Part shown: positions 29,718-40,739 of the stretch, piece after piece
Numbering within the stretch: position 1 is the first letter of the stretch
How the letters are laid out: each line of letters opens with the position of its first letter
From: an uncultured candidate division Zixibacteria bacterium
Lineage (GTDB): Bacteria > Zixibacteria > MSB-5A5 > UBA10806 > 4484-95
Length of the DNA stretch: 64,000 bases
Direction: 5' to 3'
Assembly (NCBI GenBank): GCA_963668625.2
Contig: CAXXKA010000006.1
Coordinates: 416,001 to 480,000 of the forward strand
Made by a program: the position numbers and the translations under genes
Notes under the pieces: model-generated
Databases searched by the model: none
Told to the model about the DNA's origin: nothing
Seen by the model: the letters and a program-made list of their open reading frames with translations, nothing else

Positions 29718-30500
29718 CTACACCTTCCGGGCCTTCACCGCCAGCATCAGTGGAAACTTCTTCGACTCATCCGGGGGATACCAGTAGCCATCATCATGTT
29801 GTATCCAGTCATCCCGGTAATTGTTGAAACTGAATGGATACTCGCCCAGGCGCTCTATCCTTAGCCCAGCATTGATAAGGGCATTGAATATCTGAGAAAC
29901 CGTGTACTGATACTCGATACTATCTCCCTCGATAATCGTGTCTGTCTCGCAGTAGTCCGGCTCGTTAGGATAGACTAAAGGCCCATCACAGAAATAGTCC
30001 TCGGCCGGATCATAAGCGGGGTAAACAACTGGATGAGAATCGATAAAGTATAATATACCATCAGGTTGAAGGAAATGAGACACAATCTCAGCCCACTTGT
30101 TTACATCAGCAAGCCAGCCTAATGTACCGTACGATTGATACACGATATCGAATTTTTGCGAAAGAACATTCGGCAAATCAAACAGATCGGAACGGATGAA
30201 CTCTGCTTTCAGGCCCGCCCTGGCTTTCACCTCGTTGGCTACCTCTATAGCCCGGTCTGATATATCCGCGCCTGTTACGATAGCTCCCTCGCGCGCCCAG
30301 GAGAGCGTATCAAGCCCGAAATGGCACATCAGGTGGAGAAGCTTTTTGCCGGTGACATCACCCAGCGCCTCTTTTTCAAGGTGATATAGCGAGGAACCGC
30401 CCTCGATGACCTGATTTGTTTTATACGATGGATGGTTCACATGCAGGTCTGTCATAATATTCCAGCGTTTGCGGTTATTTTCGTGATGTTCTATTGGCAT
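29718..30500 (-). CDS. Class I SAM-dependent methyltransferase
   Basis: LLHL.CHFGLDTLS, FDIVY.SYG. Confidence 0.9.
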   Translation of the reverse strand: MPIEHHENNRKRWNIMTDLHVNHPSYKTNQVIEGGSSLYHLEKEALGDVTGKKLLHLMCHFGLDTLSWAREGAIVTGADISDRAIEVANEVKARAGLKAEFIRSDLFDLPNVLSQKFDIVYQSYGTLGWLADVNKWAEIVSHFLQPDGILYFIDSHPVVYPAYDPAEDYFCDGPLVYPNEPDYCETDTIIEGDSIEYQYTVSQIFNALINAGLRIERLGEYPFSFNNYRDDWIQHDDGYWYPPDESKKFPLMLAVKARKV

Positions 30501-30558
30501 ATCGGTATCCTTTTATTCCTATATGGCAGGCAAGAAGAGGCAGCCCCGAAAGACACGT

Positions 30559-30610
30559 GATTGGGGTACGTCCTCGTGCCCCAACCGGTCTGCCTGCTAA
30601 TAAAAGCCGG
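30559..30610. repeat. REP-like palindrome related to 15114-15177
   Basis: ttggggtacgtcctcgtgccccaa hairpin followed by ccggtctgcctgc. Confidence 0.6.
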
Positions 30611-30652
30611 CGGACAGCCTCAAGGAATCTTCCAGCTATTTAGATTACTCAG

Positions 30653-31408
30653 TTAAATTTCAAACCCACGCTTTTCGAACTGTTTCCTTATGGGGTCGAG
30701 CTCTTTGAACCACTGTCCCCATTTACGGGAGATATGCTCGGTCCAACTGTAGGTATCGAACGTGAACGTTTCCTCTTTGTTACCTTTAAGATCGATCATG
30801 ATATTGCCGTCGCGATAATAATCCTGGGCCAGATAACCCTCATCCATTGTCTGCATAGCCTCATCAATTTCCTCATCGGTAAACTCCGGGTACTCATCCT
30901 CGAACAGGGTAAAACCGAGAGGATATCGCGGGCGGATCGGCTTGTCCTCATCGGGGTACCCCATGACAAGTTGCACCAGTGGGAACACGCGTTTTGGTAA
31001 CTTGTGACGTTTGGCCAGCGCCTCGGCCTCGTAGGGCACCATGCCGATATAGCAACTGCCCAATCCCAGGCTCTCGGCGGCGATCACCATGTTCTCACCC
31101 ATCAGGGTAACATCCTGTATGCCTAACAGAAACATGAACAGGTCGTTTGTTATCATCTCCCAGCCGCGTTTTTTCATGATAAGCTCCATGCGATGGGAGT
31201 CCATGCAGAATATGAACGATATAGGCGCGCCCCAGGGGATATGCTCTTTATCACGGGTTAGTATAACGCTGCCCATTTGCGCGGCAAACGGCGCCTGTTG
31301 GCCGGCACGCACTATCGTTTCGATAACCTCCTTGGATGGGACATCATCTTTATAGTTGCGTACGGATTTACGATTCATTATGGCGTCTATAACAGGGTTC
31401 GTTAGCAT
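30653..31408 (-). CDS. Nitroreductase family protein
   Basis: RKSVRNY, AAESLGLGSCYIG, MGYP..RPR; SD GGAGG before 31408. Confidence 0.92.
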   Translation of the reverse strand: MLTNPVIDAIMNRKSVRNYKDDVPSKEVIETIVRAGQQAPFAAQMGSVILTRDKEHIPWGAPISFIFCMDSHRMELIMKKRGWEMITNDLFMFLLGIQDVTLMGENMVIAAESLGLGSCYIGMVPYEAEALAKRHKLPKRVFPLVQLVMGYPDEDKPIRPRYPLGFTLFEDEYPEFTDEEIDEAMQTMDEGYLAQDYYRDGNIMIDLKGNKEETFTFDTYSWTEHISRKWGQWFKELDPIRKQFEKRGFEI

Positions 31409-31434
31409 GGTTACCTCCCGTTTATTCAATCGGC

Positions 31435-31707
31435 TTAGTTTGTTAACTGCGTCCGGCAGTCATCAACTATATATGATGGAATCATCTTGAGAGCCAGATA
31501 AATTAGTAGCGGAATAATTATCAAATCATCAAGATGTCCTATGACAGGAATAAAATCGGGTATAAGATCGAATGGCATCAGGAAATATCCGACTGCTAAA
31601 AATAGGATTGCTCTGGGCAGCCACGGGGTGCGGGAATCACGCATGACCGTACGATACAGCGCTATCTCGTTTTTGAGATTTTTAGCGAATGATTTGAGAT
31701 TGTTCAT
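31435..31707 (-). CDS. DUF1232 (YkvA) membrane protein
   Basis: D.RTPW, Y..MPFDLIPDFIPVIGHLDD. Confidence 0.92.
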   Translation of the reverse strand: MNNLKSFAKNLKNEIALYRTVMRDSRTPWLPRAILFLAVGYFLMPFDLIPDFIPVIGHLDDLIIIPLLIYLALKMIPSYIVDDCRTQLTN

Positions 31708-31884
31708 ATTGATATATAACATTTTTATGAGATTATCATAAATAAAATTCATTAATCAACCAAACTATAACCGAGCAGAATCAGGTACTGAGATAATACA
31801 ATTCTTGATGTTTAGGCTAATGCTCGAAACATATAGTAATAGTTTTCGTAGATGTGGTAAAGCTGTTAATCCACGCAAGTTTCT

Positions 31885-33666
31885 TTGGAGGAGCAATTGA
31901 ATAAGCAGAAATCTATAATCGCTAAAAGTAGTGTTGGAGTTTATCTAGCATTGTTTTCTTTTATCGTTCTTTCTTTTCCAGCTACAGCGGATAATGTCCC
32001 CGCGCTTATTACCGAGCCATACCCACAAAAATGGCAGAATGAAATTTCTGATCTGATGGCTAAAGCCCGTATTCCCGGCTTGTCGGCTGCAATTATACAG
32101 GATGGAGAGATTGTCTGGGCGGATGCTTTCGGTGTTAAAAACGATTCTACCGGAGAGCCATGCGATAAGCAGACTATTTTCGAAGCGGCATCGATGACAA
32201 AGCCGTTATTTGCCTACATTGCTCTTCTATATGCTAAAGAGGGTAAGCTTGATTTGGATAAGCCGCTGGTAAAGTATCTACCAAAGCAATTAATTGCCGA
32301 TTCAGTTTTAACCCATCCTTTAGATCGACCAGGTTTCCGCAGGGATTGGTTCGAGAAAATCACAGCTCGTCATGTATTAAGTCACTCAGCCGGAATGCCG
32401 CATGGCAAACCGATCGATGAGTACTATCCTCTTTTATTCGAGCCGGGTAAAGAATTTAAGTATTCCGCTTCGGGATATCGTTTTCTTCAGCTTGTTATAG
32501 AGTATATGGAGGGAGCAACGCTAGATGAAATTGCTAAAAAGCGAGTTCTCGATCCTCTGGGGATGACTGAAACCTCGCTGGTATGGCGGGATGAATACGA
32601 GCAAACCGCGGCTAACGGTCATGATATGTTCGGTGTTCCACAGGTGCATCGCCGATGGTCTCGTGCGAACGCGGCGGCCTCTATGTATACCACGGCTACT
32701 GATTTCGCTAAGTTCATCTGCGCGATTCTAAATAATAAGCAGTTAGAAAGCGATGAAACTACCTCGATGCTTTCTCCTCAAATAGAAATTGATGATCATC
32801 TGTCCTGGAGTTTGGGATTCGGCAGGCAGAGTGATTCGAACGGTATGGCGTTCTGGCAATGGGGAGACTACGGTATCTATCGTAACTTTGTTCTTGCCTA
32901 TGAAAAACAAAAATGCGGAATTGTGTGGTTTACGAATAGTTTCTACGGAATTAGTATCCTGGATGAGTTGGTGGAAAAATGCCTGGGAGGTAAAGAGCAT
33001 GCAAATAATTATCTCGAATATCCGGCTTACAACTCGCCATCAATGCGCTTTATTTTCTCTGCCATTGACAATGGAGTCGAAGCTGCAATGAAGCACATCG
33101 ATGAATATAATGGTGAAGATTACGATGATGTAAATGAGCTAACTATCAATGATATTGGATATACATTTTTGAATGATAATCGTATTGGTGAAGCTATCTC
33201 TCTATTTCAATACAATGTAAAGGAGTATCCTAAATCATCCAATGTGTGGGATAGTTACGCTGAGGCATGTATGGTAGCAGGTGAACTTGATTCGGCTGCG
33301 ACATATTATAAGCGAGGGCTCGAGATAGATTCAAGCAACGGTAGCGCTAAAAAGCATCTCGAATGGATAAGTACCGAGCTGAACGCGCGCGAAAATCCAC
33401 TTAAGCTTACCGGCTTGGAGTTATCAGTGTACGCCGGGGATTATGGCCCCCGTCATTTGAGAGTACAAAACGATACGCTATACTATCGTCGTGATGGCAG
33501 CTCTAATCCCGAACGATATCTCTATCCATTGAAACCGGGATGGTTCGGACTTCAGGATAACACTGATTGGCGATTTCATTTCGAAATAGATGAGACTGGT
33601 AAAGCTGTCGCTATCGAGGGCTGGGTGTACAGAGGCATGGTGGATAAACACGCACGGGATAAGTGA
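31885..33666 (+). CDS. Serine hydrolase (beta-lactamase/AmpC-like fold) with C-terminal TPR
   Basis: IPGLS, ASMTK (SxxK), LSHSAG, FEPG..FKYS; YP.S.NVWDSYAEA; start uncertain. Confidence 0.9.
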   Translation: MEEQLNKQKSIIAKSSVGVYLALFSFIVLSFPATADNVPALITEPYPQKWQNEISDLMAKARIPGLSAAIIQDGEIVWADAFGVKNDSTGEPCDKQTIFEAASMTKPLFAYIALLYAKEGKLDLDKPLVKYLPKQLIADSVLTHPLDRPGFRRDWFEKITARHVLSHSAGMPHGKPIDEYYPLLFEPGKEFKYSASGYRFLQLVIEYMEGATLDEIAKKRVLDPLGMTETSLVWRDEYEQTAANGHDMFGVPQVHRRWSRANAAASMYTTATDFAKFICAILNNKQLESDETTSMLSPQIEIDDHLSWSLGFGRQSDSNGMAFWQWGDYGIYRNFVLAYEKQKCGIVWFTNSFYGISILDELVEKCLGGKEHANNYLEYPAYNSPSMRFIFSAIDNGVEAAMKHIDEYNGEDYDDVNELTINDIGYTFLNDNRIGEAISLFQYNVKEYPKSSNVWDSYAEACMVAGELDSAATYYKRGLEIDSSNGSAKKHLEWISTELNARENPLKLTGLELSVYAGDYGPRHLRVQNDTLYYRRDGSSNPERYLYPLKPGWFGLQDNTDWRFHFEIDETGKAVAIEGWVYRGMVDKHARDK

Positions 33667-33682
33667 TAGGCCAAATCATATT

Positions 33683-33737
33683 CTCGTTCCCAAACTCCGA
33701 TTTGCGAACGTCCCGTATTCTAGAAACTTTGTTTCGA
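33683..33737. repeat. REP-like hairpin pair
   Basis: ctcgttcccaaactccgatttgcgaacg followed by gaaactttgtttc. Confidence 0.5.
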
Positions 33738-33802
33738 TTCGATCAATCGAGAGGATATTTCCGATTCTTCATGGTATTGGTATCTAAAACATAGATAAAA
33801 CA

Positions 33803-33831
33803 AAACCCGCACGGCGTTAACCGGGCGGGTT
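33803..33831 (-). terminator. Terminator after EF-G paralog
   Basis: AACCCGC/GCGGGTT stem with A/T tract. Confidence 0.6.
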
Positions 33832-33877
33832 ATATCAATATAGCGAACCAACCACAATCCGCTATTATATTTCGATA

Positions 33878-35962
33878 TTACTTCTCCTCGGTTTCGCCGC
33901 TTTCTCTTTCGATTTCGGCTACTACCTTCTCGGCGATCTCGCGCGGAACTTCCTCGTAATGCGAGAATTCTCGATTATGCGTTCCGCGTCCCTGGGTGAG
34001 CGAACGAAGCGAGGTTGAGTATTTATACATCTCGGCCTGAGGTATCTGGGCGCGGATAATCTGGCTCTTGCCGTCAGGATCCATACCCATGATTCTGCCG
34101 CGACGGGAGGAGACATCACCCATGACATCACCCATGTATTCTTCGGGCACTCTGATCGTGACATTGAAAATCGGCTCGAGCAAATACGGATCGGATTGCT
34201 CGTAAGCGGATTTGAATCCCATCGAACCGGCGATTTTGAACGCCATATCGGAGGAGTCAACGCTGTGATAAGAGCCATCATAACAGGTAACTTTGAAATC
34301 GATCACTTTAGTCTTGGCCAGGCCGCCCTCTTGACGGGCCTCTATGATACCTTTTTCCACCGCCGGGACGAATTTGCCGGGGATAACACCACCAACGATG
34401 GCATCCACGAACTCGAAATCACCGCCGCGAGGGAGAGGCTCCATGCGAAGCCAGCAGTCGCCGTATTGACCGCGTCCACCAGACTGACGTTTGAACTTGC
34501 CCTGCACCTCGACTTTTTTGCGAATCGATGACTGGTAGGGGATACGCGGTTTGCCAAGCTCTACCTCAACGCCGAAACGTTTTTTCAAACGACCGGTGAT
34601 AACATCCAGGTGAAGCTCGCCCTGTCCCTCGAGCAATGTCTGATGCAATTCGCCATCCAGGATCACCTTGATAGTGGGGTCTTCCTCGCTGAGCTTGTTC
34701 AGGCCGCTGGCGATTTTGTCCTCATCACCTTTCGCTTTGGCATTGACTGCCAACTGAATGGAGGGACTGGGGAATTCTATCGGAGGATACTGTATCTCGG
34801 AACCCTTGGTGGCTAGAGTATCACAGGTGCGGGTGGCTTTTAGTTTAACCAGCGCGCCTATATCTCCAGCGACAATCGAGCCGCCCTCGGTTCGCTCTTT
34901 ACCGTTCAAGAAATATATGGTACCGATTCTCTCGGAATCACGTTTACGAGTGTTCATTACGTCATCACCAGTACTGATTTTGCCTGAGATAACTTTAAAA
35001 AACGAAAGTTCGCCGACATGCTGCTCGGAGATTGTTTTGAAAATGAACAATGATGGTTTCTCATCGACGGAAACCTTGGTGGTAACCTCTTTATCGCCTA
35101 ACAAAGCCGTTACCTCGCCCTTGTAATCGGGAGCAGGGTAAAATCTGACGACCGAATCCAGGAAATTAGTGACACCGGCAACCAATGTGGCAGAGCCGCA
35201 GAATATCGGAGAGATAGAGCGATCGGCAATGCCTTTACGTAAACCAGCGGTCAGTTCATCATCGGTTAGCTCGCCGGCATCGAAAAACTTCTCCATCAAC
35301 TCTTCATCCGACTCGGCGGCAGCCTCGACCAGCTTATCGTGCCATTCCTGGGCGGCGTCTTTCATATCGGCCGGGATATCCTCGGATTCGGCTTTGCCGT
35401 CCTTGCCGAATTTCATTGCTTTCATGCTTACCAAATCGATTATGCCCTTAAACTCGAGACCATCACCCCAGGAGAGCACGAACGGCATGGCATGATTGGA
35501 GAAATTTTCCTGAATAGCATTAACGCAGCTTAAATAATTGGCATTTTCTTTATCCATACGGTTTACGAAGAAGGAGCGGGGCATATCATATTGATTAGTA
35601 GTCCGCCAGACCCCCTCGGTACCGACCTCGACGCCGGTGACACCGTTTACCACTATTACAGCGGTATCAGCAGCGCGAAGACCACCCATGACCTCGCCGT
35701 AAAAATCGGCGTAGCCGGGCATATCTATAATATTGATTTTTGTACCTTTTATATCTACATGGCCTAAAGCCGTGTTAATTGATATCTTACGTTCGATTTC
35801 GTCCTCGGTATAATCCGTGACCGTGTTACCAGCATCGATACTGCCCAACCTCGAGATGACCTTACCAGCATAGAGCATAGCCTCTACCAGCGAGGTCTTA
35901 CCCGTGGTGCCATGGCCGGCAACTCCTATGTTTCTGATTTTGTCGACAGAGTATTCCTTCAT
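33878..35962 (-). CDS. fusA: Elongation factor G paralog (EF-G2-like, outside str operon)
   Basis: GHGTTGKTSL, DMPG, NRMD, GQGELHL, QSGGRGQYG, DGSYHSVDSS. Confidence 0.93.
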   Translation of the reverse strand: MKEYSVDKIRNIGVAGHGTTGKTSLVEAMLYAGKVISRLGSIDAGNTVTDYTEDEIERKISINTALGHVDIKGTKINIIDMPGYADFYGEVMGGLRAADTAVIVVNGVTGVEVGTEGVWRTTNQYDMPRSFFVNRMDKENANYLSCVNAIQENFSNHAMPFVLSWGDGLEFKGIIDLVSMKAMKFGKDGKAESEDIPADMKDAAQEWHDKLVEAAAESDEELMEKFFDAGELTDDELTAGLRKGIADRSISPIFCGSATLVAGVTNFLDSVVRFYPAPDYKGEVTALLGDKEVTTKVSVDEKPSLFIFKTISEQHVGELSFFKVISGKISTGDDVMNTRKRDSERIGTIYFLNGKERTEGGSIVAGDIGALVKLKATRTCDTLATKGSEIQYPPIEFPSPSIQLAVNAKAKGDEDKIASGLNKLSEEDPTIKVILDGELHQTLLEGQGELHLDVITGRLKKRFGVEVELGKPRIPYQSSIRKKVEVQGKFKRQSGGRGQYGDCWLRMEPLPRGGDFEFVDAIVGGVIPGKFVPAVEKGIIEARQEGGLAKTKVIDFKVTCYDGSYHSVDSSDMAFKIAGSMGFKSAYEQSDPYLLEPIFNVTIRVPEEYMGDVMGDVSSRRGRIMGMDPDGKSQIIRAQIPQAEMYKYSTSLRSLTQGRGTHNREFSHYEEVPREIAEKVVAEIERESGETEEK

Positions 35963-36065
35963 TTATTCCTCCAGGGTTCCACTTTTCGATTTCAAAGATT
36001 TCAAAGATAATAAAGAGAGGTTTGATTGTCAATAGGATATGCGGAGCGGATTGGCTGGAATGGCG

Positions 36066-37553
36066 CTACTCGATCTCAACCCGGGCCTGCTTAGCCAACT
36101 TAACCATCTCCCAGTACGGTGGATTGTATCCTCGATCGGCCTCGAATTCCTCCGCTAATCGTATCAATCGGGCTTTGATAGCAGCGTGCTTTTTAGAGAA
36201 ACGTTCGTTTTTCAAGCCTGCGACAGCATTCATGCCCTCCGGTATCGGACCGATTCCGCCGCACAGGTTTTTTGCCTCGGAATAGGCTTTAGCCACCCGA
36301 GCTATAGGCAGCTTGTACCAGTCGTATTCGAGCATCTCGCCGTTGTTGGCATCCTCCAACATAATATCTATGACCGCGTTATCGAGATGGTCTTTCAAAA
36401 GCGATTCAGGATTGTACCATTCGGCTACTACTCGAAGCTGTGGGTCGTATTCCAGATCGGACGGCTCCTGCGTCTCGAAATGTTTCACACCGAATGCCGC
36501 CAGCCACGAGCGCACACCAGAGGATGAGATGTTCGATATTCCCATCCACAGCGTCACGCCCATCTGAGAGTAAGCGTTCGAGGCCACCTCCGAACAGAAC
36601 AGCTTACCGCCATCGTTAAAATTCATCTCAAAATCGTAGGGTATATGTTCGATTAATGCTCGATTCAATACTATCTCAGCGGCTTTATGAGGCAACATCG
36701 GATCGGATTCCAACTGGGGGGTATCGGCTCTCATTCGCAATACCAGAATACGAAGCTTGTAATCATCCAGGTATTGATCGATAGTGGCAAGCTTGACACC
36801 GCACTCGATATGCGATTCTATAATCGATACCTCGTTGGTGGTTTCATCAACATGAACCAGGGCAACGTGCGAGAAATTGCCGGGGTAATCGTTACCCCGA
36901 GCGATAAGCGCTGAGGTCGGAGCGCCACCTCGAGAGACCAGTATATCACCGCTGTGAATTTTTATACCGAGAATCTCCGCCTCAGGTGTCATCGATGGCT
37001 CATCGCAGGCTATCGTAAGGGCAGGGAAAGATGATTCCGGTGATTGCAGGATGACTTCCTCGATAGCGGTACGCGTACCGAACAACAAGCGATATAGCCT
37101 GTCCCGTGTTTCCTCGGAGTTCATATCCCATTTTGATGACTGATCTTTGACTGCCTGTCTTAACTTGTTGCGCAGTTCTATTAATTTCGGCAGATGCTCG
37201 GACTGGGCTCCTATTAACGGGCATAGCTCGAAAAAGTTTTTTTCTATGGATGACAAGGCGGGGGAGCCAGGTTCAAGATCGGTGCTATAAAGTAAATCAA
37301 GTGAGTTCGATATACGCTCCAGTTCCACACTAATAGAATCATGAAGCGATACTGAGTCCAACTCTTTAGCCCGTACGAATGACGATTCGAGATATATCCA
37401 ATATTCGTCCTGATCCCATATAAACGGGCTGATCTCTCCCGGAGGCTGCGGCGAGTGTTCAGGCGGCGGAATGAGAAGCGCCAGGTATATAAGGAGTAGA
37501 CCAGTTGGTATACCCCAGAATATTTTTTTATAGTTGATATAAATTTTCTTCAC
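36066..37553 (-). CDS. Permuted papain-like amidase (YiiX/YaeF, NlpC/P60 superfamily), membrane-anchored
   Basis: GDILVSRG, FSHVAL (His) precedes YDF..LFCSE (Cys); N-terminal TM. Confidence 0.85.
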   Translation of the reverse strand: MKKIYINYKKIFWGIPTGLLLIYLALLIPPPEHSPQPPGEISPFIWDQDEYWIYLESSFVRAKELDSVSLHDSISVELERISNSLDLLYSTDLEPGSPALSSIEKNFFELCPLIGAQSEHLPKLIELRNKLRQAVKDQSSKWDMNSEETRDRLYRLLFGTRTAIEEVILQSPESSFPALTIACDEPSMTPEAEILGIKIHSGDILVSRGGAPTSALIARGNDYPGNFSHVALVHVDETTNEVSIIESHIECGVKLATIDQYLDDYKLRILVLRMRADTPQLESDPMLPHKAAEIVLNRALIEHIPYDFEMNFNDGGKLFCSEVASNAYSQMGVTLWMGISNISSSGVRSWLAAFGVKHFETQEPSDLEYDPQLRVVAEWYNPESLLKDHLDNAVIDIMLEDANNGEMLEYDWYKLPIARVAKAYSEAKNLCGGIGPIPEGMNAVAGLKNERFSKKHAAIKARLIRLAEEFEADRGYNPPYWEMVKLAKQARVEIE

Positions 37554-37723
37554 GACATTTCTCCTGATTGTTTTTCTATCTAATCATCGAGAATCAGGTA
37601 TTTCTCTTGGAGAAGATTAAAAGATTGTCCACCATATAGCAAGCTATAATTAATTATGCCCGGGTGTTAGCCTGGTAATTTGCGAATGATGGTTTATATG
37701 AGAAACGAGTCAATAGTCAGATA

Positions 37724-38617
37724 TCAGAAAAGTAGCTTTCTCGATGATTTGAAATCATGATGTTTGCCGCTTATCGGATCATCGAATTCCATTTCCCTGG
37801 CGATCAACTGGAGCGGATTATTGAAATCATCCGATCGTTCGCTTAGAAGCCGGGGGTGGTAACGGTCATTGATAATGTGGCTGCCTATAACCTGCAGGTG
37901 AAGGCGAATCTGATGCCCTTTGCCGGTCAAGGGCTCGATCCTGAATTTCATCAAATCATCCTTCTCGCCGATTACCTTGATTTTAGTCCTGGCATTTACC
38001 GGGCCATCGCAGTTTTTCATCAATGGCCAATTCTCGGATTCCTCTATTCGATTTTCGATCAACCACTCTCCTGTAGTTTTGCCCGTGGGTTTGGTGCCGA
38101 TAGCCTCATATACTTTTCTGATTTTGCCTGATCTGAATAATTGATGGTAATCATTTCGAGATTCCTTACAAGCCGAGAATATGACCACGCCGGCTGTTTC
38201 ACGATCAATCCTGTGCAATGGAACCAGATTATCGTTATGTAAGCTTTTCAGCAGGCGGTTTAATAAGCATTCTTTAACATAAGGCCCTGATGGTTGAACC
38301 GGCAGAAAATGTGGTTTACAGACAGCCACCAGATGATCATTTTGAAAAAGAATCTTTTCTTTAAATGGGATGATTATCTCATCAGGAACTTCCCTGTAAT
38401 ACGATAATCTCATACCCGCTTTGTAAATGGTTTTGAGATTGATAGGATTTCCGCCGGGATCCGAGATTGATCCATTATTGATTCTTTCCAGCCATGTTTC
38501 CTTTTTTATATGCGGAAAGTGTTTAATCAAAAATTCGAGAATCGTGACGTTTTCATCATCATGTTTTGGAAGCGTAATAAAAGATTTTTTTTCTGATCTC
38601 GAATTATTTATTTTCAC
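37724..38617 (-). CDS. RluA-family pseudouridine synthase
   Basis: KPHFLP, LHRIDRETAG, P.TGK.HQIR.H. Confidence 0.92.
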   Translation of the reverse strand: MKINNSRSEKKSFITLPKHDDENVTILEFLIKHFPHIKKETWLERINNGSISDPGGNPINLKTIYKAGMRLSYYREVPDEIIIPFKEKILFQNDHLVAVCKPHFLPVQPSGPYVKECLLNRLLKSLHNDNLVPLHRIDRETAGVVIFSACKESRNDYHQLFRSGKIRKVYEAIGTKPTGKTTGEWLIENRIEESENWPLMKNCDGPVNARTKIKVIGEKDDLMKFRIEPLTGKGHQIRLHLQVIGSHIINDRYHPRLLSERSDDFNNPLQLIAREMEFDDPISGKHHDFKSSRKLLF

Positions 38618-38893
38618 AAACGATTACCCTAGTAGTAGATTTTAGCCTGACTCTAATATAAGCAATTTCCCGGATTGGCAAATCAATTTGTTTATTATCA
38701 GTTCAGGAAATTTAAATCCTGAGTTCTTCCCATACGGGAGAATTGTGATTATATGGCGAATCTTACTGAGGTATACTGTGTTAGATCCCGCTGTAATCGA
38801 CGATTTTAGCCAATTTTAAAAAGATGGAATAAACATTTTCCCCGCGCCGTAATATATTCCAGAAACGAATAAAACTTAACATTGGAGGATCGG

Positions 38894-40537
38894 ATGAAAA
38901 GGGTAATCTTTTTCATAGGTGTATTGGTGTTGATCGCAATTCTAATTGCCTGCAGTAGTTCCAAGGATCACAGAAAAGGCGGGGTTATTGATTCGCCTAA
39001 AAAACGCGGTGAAATTTCTTATGTAGGTGATGAAAAAGCTGCTTCAAATTTGTCGGGTCCGGCTTCTCCGTCGCCTTACGCAGCCCACCGTTGTGAAATG
39101 GATTATCCGTATCACAATACTGAGCAGTACGACTTCAAATCCGAAAACACGTTCAAGGATGTTATCGAAAATCCGCTGTCAACGTTTTCCATCGATGTTG
39201 ATGCGGCCTCGTACAGCAATGTCAGACGATTTATCAATAGCGGTTCTTTACCGCCCGAAGATGCCGTGCGTATCGAGGAGATGATAAATTATTTCAGCTA
39301 CGACTATCTCCAGCCCGCTAACGATCAACCGTTTTCGGTAAACACGGAGATATCCTCCTGTCCATGGAACAGCGGTCATCGCCTCGTGCATATCGGCCTG
39401 AAAGGTCAGGATATCGAACTGGAGAATATGCCTGCCAGTAATCTCGTGTTTCTGCTTGATGTCTCGGGGTCGATGAACATGCAGAATAAACTGCCGCTTC
39501 TAAAAGCCTCGTTCCGGTTACTTGTCGATCAGCTTCGCCCCGAGGACAGAGTGGCTATAGCCGTTTATGCCGGTTCGGCCGGACTGGTTTTGAAATCCAC
39601 TCCGGGGGATCAGAAAGAGAGGATTTTAAACGCGATAGAGAGACTTCAAGCGGGAGGCAGCACCGCCGGTGGAGCGGGAATCATACTGGCTTATAACGAG
39701 GCGCAGAATAATTTCATCAAGGGAGGCAACAACCGGGTGATACTGGCTACCGATGGTGATTTCAATGTCGGCGTCTCCAGTGATGGCGAACTTGTCAGAA
39801 TGATTGAGGAGAAACGCGAGAAAGGCGTGTTCCTGACCGTGCTTGGTTTCGGTACCGGTAATATTAAAGATTCCAAGATGGAGAAACTGGCTGACAGGGG
39901 CAACGGCAATTACTCTTATATCGATAATATCCAGGAGGCTCGTAAAGTGTTAGTCAGCGAGATTGGCGGTACGCTGTTCACAATTGCCAAGGATGTTAAA
40001 ATACAGGTAGAATTCAATCCCGCCCGGGTACAATCGTACAGACTGGTCGGCTATGAGAACCGCCTTTTGAATCGCGAGGATTTCGAGGATGACACCAAGG
40101 ATGCCGGCGAGATTGGCGCCGGACATACAGTGACTGCTCTGTATGAGATAGTACCTCGGGACATAGATAAAGTACTAAATGATGATGACGGTTTAAAATA
40201 CCAGAATGTCAATATCGATTCCGAGGCGCTTGGAAGCCCGGAGTTGATGACATTGAAACTTCGATACAAACAACCTGACGGTGACAAGAGTAAATTAATC
40301 ACCAGCCCTATCATCGATAACGGTCGCGCGTTAAGTAAAACCTCGGATAATTTCAGGTTCTCCTCGGCCGTGGCACAATTCGGGATGTTGTTGCGCGATT
40401 CCAAGTTCAAAAGCGATGCCACATTCAGTAACACATTGAAACTGGCTAAAAGTAGCAAAGGTAATGATCCGATGGGCTACAGGGCGGAGTTCATTCGCCT
40501 GGTAGAATCATGTATATTGCTTGCGGATAGTAATTAG
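38894..40537 (+). CDS. YfbK-like VWA-domain lipoprotein
   Basis: Lipobox LIAC; STFSIDVD.ASY, DVSGSM MIDAS, ATDGDFNVG, IAKDVKIQVEFNP, YRAEF. Confidence 0.93.
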   Translation: MKRVIFFIGVLVLIAILIACSSSKDHRKGGVIDSPKKRGEISYVGDEKAASNLSGPASPSPYAAHRCEMDYPYHNTEQYDFKSENTFKDVIENPLSTFSIDVDAASYSNVRRFINSGSLPPEDAVRIEEMINYFSYDYLQPANDQPFSVNTEISSCPWNSGHRLVHIGLKGQDIELENMPASNLVFLLDVSGSMNMQNKLPLLKASFRLLVDQLRPEDRVAIAVYAGSAGLVLKSTPGDQKERILNAIERLQAGGSTAGGAGIILAYNEAQNNFIKGGNNRVILATDGDFNVGVSSDGELVRMIEEKREKGVFLTVLGFGTGNIKDSKMEKLADRGNGNYSYIDNIQEARKVLVSEIGGTLFTIAKDVKIQVEFNPARVQSYRLVGYENRLLNREDFEDDTKDAGEIGAGHTVTALYEIVPRDIDKVLNDDDGLKYQNVNIDSEALGSPELMTLKLRYKQPDGDKSKLITSPIIDNGRALSKTSDNFRFSSAVAQFGMLLRDSKFKSDATFSNTLKLAKSSKGNDPMGYRAEFIRLVESCILLADSN

Positions 40538-40540
40538 AAT

Positions 40541-40668
40541 CACCACTGTCCGGCCTTTCCATCTCGTTGCGAGGCGCCGCTTCGCAACGTGGCTTGTTTG
40601 CCGGCAGAATGCGCGTTTTTCATGACTCGAGAAGGTTTCCAGGCTGCGCTTGGAAACCGGGAAACCAA
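40541..40668 (+). mobile_element. One-ended copy of the MITE at 47092
   Basis: Begins CACCACTGTCCGG; ~125 bp highly similar to reverse complement of 47218-47346. Confidence 0.8.
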
Positions 40669-40673
40669 AAAGA

Positions 40674-40709
40674 AAAGAGGTGTCGGGCAATGATACCTGA
40701 CACCTCTTT
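40674..40709. terminator. Bidirectional terminator between convergent genes
   Basis: AAAGAGGTGTCGGG/CCTGACACCTCTTT stem. Confidence 0.75.
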
Positions 40710-40739
40710 AAGGATATTCAACTGGTTTTCTGCTATGGA

